A stretch of 64,000 nt of DNA. Origin: an uncultured delta proteobacterium (GTDB taxonomy: Bacteria > Desulfobacterota > Syntrophia > Syntrophales > UBA2185). The stretch is from assembly GCA_963729715.1 (NCBI GenBank), contig CAVSPA010000007.1, positions 1 to 64,000 on the forward strand, given 5' to 3'. How positions within the stretch are numbered: the stretch's first letter is position 1; the number at the start of each line of letters is the position of its first letter. This document shows positions 56,123 to 64,000 of this stretch, piece after piece. The notes below the pieces were generated by a model. That model had not been told where the DNA came from, made no database searches, and saw nothing but the letters and a program-made list of their open reading frames with translations. A program made the position numbers and the translations under genes.

Positions 56123-58432
56123 CTATTTTAATCTCCATGTTACTCCGTCTGCTGTGTCGGAGATCTCAATTCCCATCGCAAGAAGCTTCTTCCTGATATC
56201 ATCAGAAGCCTTCCAATCACCGATTCTTCTCGCGCGTGCTCTCTCTTCGAGAAGACGAAGCGCATCATCGCTCAATGTCTCTTCCTCAAAATTCATGACC
56301 CCGAGAACGGCATCAATCCTCTTTAGGACATCGAGTACATTGTCCCTTTCCCTTTTACTCAACTGCCCGAGAGAGAGTGGAATACTGACCTTCCCTATAA
56401 ATTCAAAAAGAGAGGCCATTGTATCGGATATGTTGAAATCATCATCCATGGTATCGGAGAATCTCTGTTTGATATCATAGACAAGTTGATCAGCGTCCGG
56501 GTATCCTTCACCTGGAGTATAACGAATCAGGCGCTGAATAAATCTATCCAACTTCTTGACCGTATTTCTCGCCGTCTCTAAGGCACCGGCGGAAAAATTT
56601 AGAGGCTTACGGTAGTGGGTGCCGAGCAGAAAAAACCTGATTTGTCTGCCTCCATATCCCATTGTCTCGAGATCTTCTATGGTCTTGACGTTGTTTAAAG
56701 AGCGGGACATTTTCTTGCCGTCCACCATGACCAGTTCCGTATTGATCCAGTAGTTGGCCATCCGTTTGCCGGTTGCAGCTCTCCCTATGGCCATGACATT
56801 TTCACAGTGCGGAAAGATGACATCGGCTCCGCTCGCATGAATATCAATATTGTCCGCCAGATATTTAAGTGAAATTGCTGCACACTCAAGGTGCCAGCTG
56901 GGCCTCACGTTCCCCCAGCGGGTCTTGAAGTAAATCCCCCTTTTCAATTCATTTAGGGAAGACCTTTTCAGAAGAGTAAAATCCACGGGGCTGTCTTTTT
57001 CATAGTCATCAGATTCAATCGTCTTGCCGGGTTTCACCTTTTTCAGGTCAATGTTGGACAGACGACCATAATCGTCTATTTTTGATATGTCAAAGTAGAC
57101 GGACCTCAATTTTTCGTAGGCGTGGCCCCTCGCCACGAGTTTTTCAACCAGGTTCACCATGGCATCGACATTTTCGCTAGCCCGGGGATAGACCTTCTCT
57201 TGTTTGATATTCAAATTTTTTATGTCGCTGAGGAACCTGCTTGTGCATCTTTCCGTATACGTAGCCAAGTCCATGCTTGCGCGCTCGGCTTCCTTAATGG
57301 ATCTGTCGTTCAAATCAATTATGTTCATAATGTGTCTAACTTTAAAGCCTTTAAAGTCGAGGTAGCGTAGGATCAGATCGGAAACGACAAAACGCCGATA
57401 GTTGCCTACGTGGGGAACTTCATGGACAGTAGGCCCGCAAGAGTGCATCAGAACTTCTTCGGTATTGATTGGTTTGAAGAACTCCTTCTCTCTCGTCGAC
57501 GTGTTGTAGAGACGTAGGGTAGATTGCTTCTTATCGGCAAAGAGTTCCGTACTCAGATACCTCTCTCCGCCGTCAGGAAAAATCACAACAATGAGCCCAT
57601 CTTCCATTTCTCTTGCCTTCTGCATAGCTACATACATGGCAGCTCCTGAACTCATTCCTACAAAAAGACCTTCCTCCCCGGCCAACCTCCGTGCGGTTTC
57701 AAATGCATCTTCGTCGAGGATATTTATTTTCTCATCCAGCCGGTTCTTGTCATAAATGCCCGGTCGGTAAGATTCCTTCATATTTTTCAGACCCTGGATT
57801 TTGTGCTGCAGGTATGGTTCAACACCCACTATCTTGATATCAGGATTATATTCCTTGAGTCGCCTCGAAATACCCATAGCAGTGCCCGTCGTCCCCAAGG
57901 TTGCCACCACCATTGTCACAGCCCCATCCGTCTGCTGCCATATTTCTTCACCAGTACCGTGATAATGAGCCAGCGTATTATCAGCATTATTAAACTGGTC
58001 GGTGCCAAAATATTTTCCTGGATCCTTGAGCATCATGTTATATGCCACTTCGATGGCGCCATCCGTGCCGAGAATTGCCGGGGTCAAGTATAACTCAGCT
58101 CCCATGGCCTTAAGAATTCTCTTTCTTTCCTCACTGGCGGATTCAGACATAGCCAGGCATAATCTGTATCCCTTGGCGGCAGCAATAAGTGCCAGACCGA
58201 TGCCGGTATTGCCGCTCGTTGCCTCGAGGATAATCTTATCGCCCGACAATTCCCCCCTCTTTTCCGCTTCGTTAACCATATAGAGGGCTATCCTGTCCTT
58301 TACGGAGCCTCCTGGGTTAAAATATTCGAGCTTTGCATATATTCTAACCTTCTTGCTCGGATTAAGCTTACGGATTTCCACGAGGGGCGTATTTCCAATA
58401 CTTTCTATAATGCTCTTATACATTCTTTTCAT
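56123..58432 (-). CDS. Fusion of CysM-type PLP cysteine synthase (aa ~1-298) and a divergent cysteinyl-tRNA synthetase (aa ~304-769)
   Basis: N-terminal IGNTPL, NPGGSVKDR, TSGNTG, QF, GTTGT, SSG, PDGGERYLST. C-terminal LYNT, CGPT, HVGN, WHLEC, FPHCEN, KMSRS, MDDDFN and the anticodon domain. One uninterrupted ORF. Confidence 0.93.
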   Translation of the reverse strand: MKRMYKSIIESIGNTPLVEIRKLNPSKKVRIYAKLEYFNPGGSVKDRIALYMVNEAEKRGELSGDKIILEATSGNTGIGLALIAAAKGYRLCLAMSESASEERKRILKAMGAELYLTPAILGTDGAIEVAYNMMLKDPGKYFGTDQFNNADNTLAHYHGTGEEIWQQTDGAVTMVVATLGTTGTAMGISRRLKEYNPDIKIVGVEPYLQHKIQGLKNMKESYRPGIYDKNRLDEKINILDEDAFETARRLAGEEGLFVGMSSGAAMYVAMQKAREMEDGLIVVIFPDGGERYLSTELFADKKQSTLRLYNTSTREKEFFKPINTEEVLMHSCGPTVHEVPHVGNYRRFVVSDLILRYLDFKGFKVRHIMNIIDLNDRSIKEAERASMDLATYTERCTSRFLSDIKNLNIKQEKVYPRASENVDAMVNLVEKLVARGHAYEKLRSVYFDISKIDDYGRLSNIDLKKVKPGKTIESDDYEKDSPVDFTLLKRSSLNELKRGIYFKTRWGNVRPSWHLECAAISLKYLADNIDIHASGADVIFPHCENVMAIGRAATGKRMANYWINTELVMVDGKKMSRSLNNVKTIEDLETMGYGGRQIRFFLLGTHYRKPLNFSAGALETARNTVKKLDRFIQRLIRYTPGEGYPDADQLVYDIKQRFSDTMDDDFNISDTMASLFEFIGKVSIPLSLGQLSKRERDNVLDVLKRIDAVLGVMNFEEETLSDDALRLLEERARARRIGDWKASDDIRKKLLAMGIEISDTADGVTWRLK

Positions 58433-58671
58433 GATGGAATTATTGATAAAAATGAATAGATATGGCAGAATTCAAAACGTAAGAGATGACTGCTCCATGA
58501 CGGTCCAAAGGAATTAATTCCCGCTTCATCCTTCTATTACTGTTGCTTTTAATTTATGTGCCAGATTCCTCCTGGAATTTGCAACCTTCGCCCCAGAACA
58601 TGAGCCAAAACCGCCCGCAGTCAACCCGCTTCCCAATTTCCTGGCGGTAATCACAAAAAGTTCCTGATCCT

Positions 58672-59088
58672 TCAACTGTCAAACTTGGGCACAGGAATTT
58701 TGAGGAATTGGACTCCTTCCTCCCTTAGCGCTTCTTCTTCGTTCTCCGTAGTGATGCCTTTGATATTCCGTCCTTCTTCCTCGCCGTGATGAATCTTCAA
58801 GGCCACTTCAGCAAACTTCTTGCCGACATCTTCGAAATTCTTGTCGAGGTATTCGCGAAACAACCTTAGAGCCTTCGGCATGGATGATTCTTCAGCATCC
58901 TTCCTGTTAGATGTCTTGATATCCTTTCCCATAATGGAAATTGTGGAGGGCACCATTCCTACGGCAGAACTTCCACACGCAGGACAGATTATCAGCTTTT
59001 GCGTCTGCTGTTCTTCAAATGAAGTTCTGTCGTTGAACCAGCCTTCGAATTTATGACCCTTTTCACATCTTAGATCGTATATGATCAT
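58672..59088 (-). CDS. DUF1178 family zinc-ribbon protein
   Basis: MIIYDLRCEKGHKFEGWF, CPACGS, FEDVGKKFAE.A.KIHHGE...IKG...L.EEG. Confidence 0.88.
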   Translation of the reverse strand: MIIYDLRCEKGHKFEGWFNDRTSFEEQQTQKLIICPACGSSAVGMVPSTISIMGKDIKTSNRKDAEESSMPKALRLFREYLDKNFEDVGKKFAEVALKIHHGEEEGRNIKGITTENEEEALREEGVQFLKIPVPKFDS

Positions 59089-59179
59089 GACCTATCTTCT
59101 CAAATTAGACATATTGAAAAAATAATGTGGACATTTAGAGTTTAATTATATATCTTCCGAGTATATTGTTACATCATGT

Positions 59180-59256
59180 CGGGATGTGGCCCAGTCCGGT
59201 AGGGCACTGCGTTCGGGACGCAGGAGTCGCGCGTTCAAATCGCGCCATCCCGACCA
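59180..59256 (+). tRNA. tRNA-Pro(CGG)
   Basis: CGGGATG...CATCCCG-A-CCA; anticodon arm CTGCG-TTCGGGA-CGCAG. Confidence 0.97.
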
Positions 59257-59323
59257 TTATTTTCCCTCGTGATAATGGAAATATCAGTTTGAATCGCAGT
59301 AGCATGCCGATGCATTGGTATTC

Positions 59324-60538
59324 CTAACCACCACCGACGACAGAGGCCATCTTGAAGATCGGTAGGTACATGCAAATGATCATTCCTCCGACAACTCCCC
59401 CAAGAAAAACCATCATGACAGGTTCCAGGAGTGCTGTCATGGCATCCACAGCCGCATCCACTTCATCGTCGTAAAAATCCGCAATTTTGGCAAGCATCAA
59501 ATCGAGGGCGCCCGTAGCTTCTCCAACAGCGATCATCTGAACCACCATGGGAGGAAATATACCGGTTTCCGAAAGGGGTTCTGCGATGGTTCTCCCCTCA
59601 CTTATACTATGTCTGGTTTTTATTATAGCATTCTCAACGATCTTGTTTCCAGCAGTTTTGCTGACGATAGTTAGCCCCTCGAGAATCGGAACACCGCTGC
59701 CTAACATGGTTGCAAGGGTTCTGGTAAATTTCGCCACTGCAACCTTGTTCAATAACGGCCCGAATACGGGCGCCTTCAAGGTCAAGGCATCAACCATAAG
59801 TCTCCCCTTTTCCGTACGATAATATCTTCTAAAGACATATATAGCGAGGGCAATACCAACGATCATGAAGAGAAAATAACTTTGCATGAACTGGCTGGCG
59901 TTGATAAGAAATTGCGTGGGCGCCGGCAGCTGACCACCCATGCCCTCGAACATCTTCTGAAATACGGGAATAACCTTGAGCAACAGAAGGGAAACGACAC
60001 CTATAGAGATGACAAGAACGCTGGCAGGGTAAGTCATAGCACCCTTGACCCTGCTCTTCAATTTCATCGCCTTTTCCATGTAAGCCGAAAGGCGGTTAAG
60101 AATGACATCGAGTGTACCACCACTCTCTCCAGCAGCCACGAGATTGACAAAAAGATCATCAAAGACCTTGGGGTACTTTCTCAAAGCTTCATGCAAAGTC
60201 GCTCCACCTTCGATCTCTTCCTTTACGGACGTGATGACTTTAGAAAAAGTCTTGTTTTGTTCTTGTTGGGCCAGCAGATCGAGACACTGGATGAGGGGCA
60301 GTCCGGCGTTGATCATGGTCGAAAAAATTCGAGCAAAGACTACTATCTCCTTTTCTTTGACCTTCTGCTTACCAAATCGCAGATAATCGGCCAGGTCCTT
60401 CGGCTTTTTCTTTACGGTGATTGATTTGAAGCCCTGACGACGAAGGAGCCCCCTGACCACACCCTCATCAGTGGCGGTCATCTCTCCTTTTTTCAACTCA
60501 CCTTTTTTTGTCGCCGCTTCCCATAAAAATTCTGCCAT
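59324..60538 (-). CDS. pilC: Type IV pilus inner-membrane platform protein PilC (T2SS F family)
   Basis: TMINAGLPL, AGESGGTLD, AMTYP, VGEATGALD, LLEP, MYLPIF. Confidence 0.93.
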   Translation of the reverse strand: MAEFLWEAATKKGELKKGEMTATDEGVVRGLLRRQGFKSITVKKKPKDLADYLRFGKQKVKEKEIVVFARIFSTMINAGLPLIQCLDLLAQQEQNKTFSKVITSVKEEIEGGATLHEALRKYPKVFDDLFVNLVAAGESGGTLDVILNRLSAYMEKAMKLKSRVKGAMTYPASVLVISIGVVSLLLLKVIPVFQKMFEGMGGQLPAPTQFLINASQFMQSYFLFMIVGIALAIYVFRRYYRTEKGRLMVDALTLKAPVFGPLLNKVAVAKFTRTLATMLGSGVPILEGLTIVSKTAGNKIVENAIIKTRHSISEGRTIAEPLSETGIFPPMVVQMIAVGEATGALDLMLAKIADFYDDEVDAAVDAMTALLEPVMMVFLGGVVGGMIICMYLPIFKMASVVGGG

Positions 60539-60561
60539 AATTGAAAACCCCTTTCGAAGAC

Positions 60562-61299
60562 TCAGACCTTTCCAAATGTTCCCAATATCTTATAGAGGAT
60601 GATCCCTGCCGCTACCGAAACATTGAGTGAGTCGATCTTGCCCATTGTGGGAACCGCGAGAAGAAAATCACATTTCTTTCTGATGAGCGGTCTCATGCCC
60701 GTTCCCTCGCTGCCCAGTACAAGGCCGATATGCCCGTCATAATCAAAAGAACCAAAATCTCTGCCTGACGCAGGGTCAGTACCATATATCCAAAATCCCT
60801 TCTCCTTCAAGTAGTCAATCGTATTGGACAGGTTAACCACCCTAGCTATGGATGTATGGTTGGCGGCTCCGGCTGATGCCTTTATCACAGTTCCTGTCAC
60901 GGATGCGGAACGATTTTCAGGTATAATGAGCCCATTAGCGCCGCAACAATGAGCTGTCCTTATCAGTGTGCCCAGATTTTGTGGATCTGTAATGCCATCA
61001 AGAATGAGAATCAAATTATATTTAAAATCAGGATGACGATTTGCGATAATATCATCCACACTTGCATACACGAACGGCTCACAGAAGCCTACAACACCCT
61101 GATGAGATCCCTGACCTGCTTTTCTGTCTAAGTAGCTTCTCTCTCTGAATTCTATATGAATTCCCTTTTGCTTCGCCAGATTCAGGACTTTCTGGCAGGC
61201 TTCGCCTCCCCTCCCCTGGGCAACAATGATTTTGCTTACCCTGCCACTCTGACTCTTGAGATCCTCCAAGAGGGGATTAATGCCAAAGATTACCTGCAC
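60562..61299 (-). CDS. rlmB: 23S rRNA (Gm2251) 2'-O-methyltransferase (SpoU/TrmH family)
   Basis: HQGVV, DGITDPQNLG.LIRTA, KASAGA, GSEGTG, SLNVSVA. Confidence 0.95.
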   Translation of the reverse strand: MQVIFGINPLLEDLKSQSGRVSKIIVAQGRGGEACQKVLNLAKQKGIHIEFRERSYLDRKAGQGSHQGVVGFCEPFVYASVDDIIANRHPDFKYNLILILDGITDPQNLGTLIRTAHCCGANGLIIPENRSASVTGTVIKASAGAANHTSIARVVNLSNTIDYLKEKGFWIYGTDPASGRDFGSFDYDGHIGLVLGSEGTGMRPLIRKKCDFLLAVPTMGKIDSLNVSVAAGIILYKILGTFGKV

Positions 61300-61378
61300 G
61301 CCCTCACTCCATCAATATACATAATTATAATGGAAACCAAATATGACAATGAGCCAATAGACCATAAATGTATTGAAT

Positions 61379-62143
61379 CTATACCACTCCTTCACGCATT
61401 GCAAGACCATCGGCAATTTCGGACACAATCTCTTCGACCTTTTGAACCGGATCTGCGGCTTGTCTGATGGGCCTCCCAACAACGACGTAGTCTGCTCCGG
61501 CCTTCGTGGCATCTCTGACTGTTGATATTCTCTTCTGATCATCATCTGCCGACATTGCCTCTCTGATACCAGGCGTTACAATGATGAAATCATTTCCACA
61601 AGCTCTGCGGATGTCGGCAATATCATGTGCAGAAGCTACTACGCCGGAAACGCCGGAATCCTTTGCGAGTCTTGCCAGACGCAGCGTAAGCTCTCTTGCA
61701 GAACAGTCAAATCCTATTTGCCTAAGATCAATATCATTAAGACTCGTCAATACCGTAACAGCAAGGATAATGGGAGGAGGCAGAGCAGTTTCTCGCGCAG
61801 CCCGACTGACAGCGGCGACGGTTTTTTCCATCATCTCCCGTCCGCCCAGGGCGTGGACATTGAACATATAAACGCCTTGTTCAACAGCCCCAAGAGCGGC
61901 TCCGGCAACTGTATTAGGAATGTCATGAAACTTCAGGTCCAGGAATACCTTCTTGCCGCCTTCTCTGATTTTTTTAACGATGCAAGGGCCATAGCGTGTA
62001 TAGGATTCTTTTCCGACCTTGAATATTTCCAAGTGATCCCTGAGACGTTTGACCCATGTCATTGCTTCTTCGATACCCTTCCCGACATCAAGGGCAAAGA
62101 TAAGCATCTCCCTTGGATTCTTATTCAAGGTATTCTTCGTCAT
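61379..62143 (-). CDS. pyrF: Orotidine-5'-phosphate decarboxylase
   Basis: [40 protein letters not shown]; start overlaps the rpoZ 3' end. Confidence 0.97.
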   Translation of the reverse strand: MTKNTLNKNPREMLIFALDVGKGIEEAMTWVKRLRDHLEIFKVGKESYTRYGPCIVKKIREGGKKVFLDLKFHDIPNTVAGAALGAVEQGVYMFNVHALGGREMMEKTVAAVSRAARETALPPPIILAVTVLTSLNDIDLRQIGFDCSARELTLRLARLAKDSGVSGVVASAHDIADIRRACGNDFIIVTPGIREAMSADDDQKRISTVRDATKAGADYVVVGRPIRQAADPVQKVEEIVSEIADGLAMREGVV

Positions 62144-62393
62144 CGACAAATTCCGTATCGTCCAGTATGGGTTTGTAATCGATTTTGATGCCCTGTAAAT
62201 AGTCGGGATTGGCGTATGTCACTTTCCCTGCGGCTATTTCCCTCAGCGAGGCTACGATTTCCCTATTGTTCTTAATATCCGTAAGCGGCTTAGCGCCTTT
62301 CAGCAATTGCCTTGACCTTTTCGCAGTCAATACAACCAAAGCAAATCTGTTTTTCGCTGCCTTCAACGAGTCTTCCACCGTTATCCTTGCCAT
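62121..62393 (-). CDS. rpoZ: RNA polymerase omega subunit
   Basis: [26 protein letters not shown]. Confidence 0.97.
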   Translation of the reverse strand: MARITVEDSLKAAKNRFALVVLTAKRSRQLLKGAKPLTDIKNNREIVASLREIAAGKVTYANPDYLQGIKIDYKPILDDTEFVDDEEYLE

Positions 62394-62409
62394 ATTTCAA
62401 ATGACCTCC

Positions 62410-63045
62410 TCACAATGCAAGAAATTCCTTAATCTTAGAAGCTGACCTTTCCCTCTTACTCTTTTCTGCCACATATATCGATCTCAGAGTATCAATGGCA
62501 GTCTCAAGATGATCATTAAAGATTAGATAATCATACCACACAATTTCCTTGATTTCATCTAAAGCCTTCGCCAGGCGTTTATCTATGTTTTCTTTGCTAT
62601 CAGCCCCTCTCCCGCGCAGCCTTCTTTCTAATTCGCGTCTTGATGGCGGAAGGATAAAGACAAATATCCCGCCCGGGTAATTCTTTTTCAACTTTTTTGC
62701 GCCTCGCCAGTCAATGTCCAATATCAGATCGAATCCTTTCTGCAAGGAATCCAATAACTCCTTCATCGTTTTCGACGATGTCCCGTAGAGGTAGCCATAA
62801 TTCTCTTCCCACTCAGCAAATTCTCCCTGGTCCAGTTTATCCTTGAACGCCTCCTCGGTAATAAAATGATAGTCTTTTCCATCTTTCTCGCCGGGACGAC
62901 GCGGCCTTGTGGTATACGAAACAGAGAACAGCAAATTAGGGCACATCCTCAAGACCTTGCGCAGGATAGAAGTTTTGCCGGTACCTGAAGGGGCCGAAAC
63001 TACGATATACAATCCTTCAGACTTCTGCGAATCGCTCTTACTCAA
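62410..63045 (-). CDS. gmk: Guanylate kinase
   Basis: SAPSGTGKTS, SYTTRPRRPGE, YHF, YGT, FILPPS. Confidence 0.98.
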   Translation of the reverse strand: MSKSDSQKSEGLYIVVSAPSGTGKTSILRKVLRMCPNLLFSVSYTTRPRRPGEKDGKDYHFITEEAFKDKLDQGEFAEWEENYGYLYGTSSKTMKELLDSLQKGFDLILDIDWRGAKKLKKNYPGGIFVFILPPSRRELERRLRGRGADSKENIDKRLAKALDEIKEIVWYDYLIFNDHLETAIDTLRSIYVAEKSKRERSASKIKEFLAL

Positions 63046-63922
63046 TGTTCTGCACCTGCTCTCTTATTCTGGAAAGTTCACTCTTGATGTCGATTACCTT
63101 ACGCGATATCTCTGCATCGCTGCTCTTGGAGCCTATAGTATTTACTTCTCTTATCATCTCCTGAATCAGGAAATCCATGCTCCGCCCGACGGCATCGCTA
63201 CTCTTTAAGAGATCACGGAACTGTACGATGTGGCTATTCAAGCGGACAATCTCCTCGCTAATATCGCTCTTTTCGGCCATTACGGCTACCTCTTGTTGCA
63301 AGCGAAGCTCATCAAGTGCAATCCCTCCAACCAGTTCCTTCACCCTCTCAGCAAGTCTTACTTGATACTCAGAAACAACCTTAGGCGCCCGTGATGCGAT
63401 TGAATCAATGGACTTTACAATCAGGCCAAGTCTCAGGAGTAAGTCATCGCAGACGTTTTTCCCCTCCACTTCTCTCATCTCTATTAAAGCAGCCATTGCC
63501 ATATCGAGGGCCGTTCCTAACTCCCCCCATACGGCACACAGATCGAGGCCGGGTTCCTTCTGCACAAAAGCATCCCTGAATCCGGTCATCATACTCAATG
63601 TAATCTCTTCTTCAAGTTTAAGCTCCTCTCGCAATTGTACAAGTAACTCATAATAATTACGGATGAGCGGGAGATTCAACTCATACCTGTTTTCGATGAC
63701 GGAACTGCACTCGGAATCGATCCTGATGATTGTCTCTATTCTGCCGCGGGTAAATTTACTGCCAATTCTCTTCTTGATGTCGAGTTCCAGGGGAGAAAGG
63801 ATAGCAGGCACCCGCAGGGAAATCTCCAGATAACGGTGGTTGAGAGATTTCATTTCCACCGTATATTTTCTGCCATTTTGGACAGACTCGATTCTGCCAT
63901 AGCCGGTCATGCTCTGAATCAT
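63038..63922 (-). CDS. yicC: YicC/YloC family endoribonuclease
   Basis: SMTGYG, SLNHRYLE, DISEE..RL.SH, REVNTIGSK, REQVQNIE. Confidence 0.96.
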   Translation of the reverse strand: MIQSMTGYGRIESVQNGRKYTVEMKSLNHRYLEISLRVPAILSPLELDIKKRIGSKFTRGRIETIIRIDSECSSVIENRYELNLPLIRNYYELLVQLREELKLEEEITLSMMTGFRDAFVQKEPGLDLCAVWGELGTALDMAMAALIEMREVEGKNVCDDLLLRLGLIVKSIDSIASRAPKVVSEYQVRLAERVKELVGGIALDELRLQQEVAVMAEKSDISEEIVRLNSHIVQFRDLLKSSDAVGRSMDFLIQEMIREVNTIGSKSSDAEISRKVIDIKSELSRIREQVQNIE

Positions 63923-64000
63923 TACGAACTCCTAATCAATACCAAAAAATAAATGTGGCTTTAATTTGGCTGCAAAATAGGGCTTACTCAAATCCTTAAT

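Noticed and set aside
58433..58671. Possible T-box or SAM riboswitch upstream of the CysM-CysRS fusion
   Set aside because: Only a GC hairpin (ACCGCC/GGCGGT) is present; I found no T-box GGTGGTACCGCG motif or SAM-I core.
63038..63045. Absence of DUF370/RemA between yicC and gmk
   Set aside because: Real in this sequence, but patchy presence of this gene is common and not informative.

Overview
Chromosomal window from a Gram-negative anaerobe, probably Desulfobacterota/Syntrophales-like (inferred from gene order and protein style). 1-10.9 kb is an LPS/surface-glycan cluster: GT2, GT4, CgeB-type and GT-D-fold glycosyltransferases, an O-antigen ligase, and four SAM-methyltransferase-fold genes. 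10.9-21.7 kb holds housekeeping genes (canonical cysS, argC, rplM-rpsI, lptD, folC, a class II cyclic-nucleotide phosphodiesterase). 21.9-54 kb is the minus-strand tRNA-secE-nusG-rplKAJL-rpoBC-str-S10-spc-alpha supercluster, lacking adk and the second tuf. 54.4-64 kb holds amrA/amrB, a CysM-CysRS fusion, DUF1178, tRNA-Pro, pilC, rlmB, pyrF, rpoZ, gmk and yicC. The best candidate for an undescribed system is the 769-aa fusion of a PLP cysteine-synthase (CysM-type) domain to a second CysRS. Its tRNA-Cys anticodon-binding residues are intact but its amino-acid/zinc pocket is remodelled, it coexists with a normal CysRS, and it lies upstream of Memo/AMMECR1 genes. This suggests a tRNA-linked cysteine/sulfur pathway. 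Secondary leads are an EF-Tu with an altered aminoacyl pocket and a ~170-nt structured RNA candidate. All calls come from motif recognition by eye; no searches were run.
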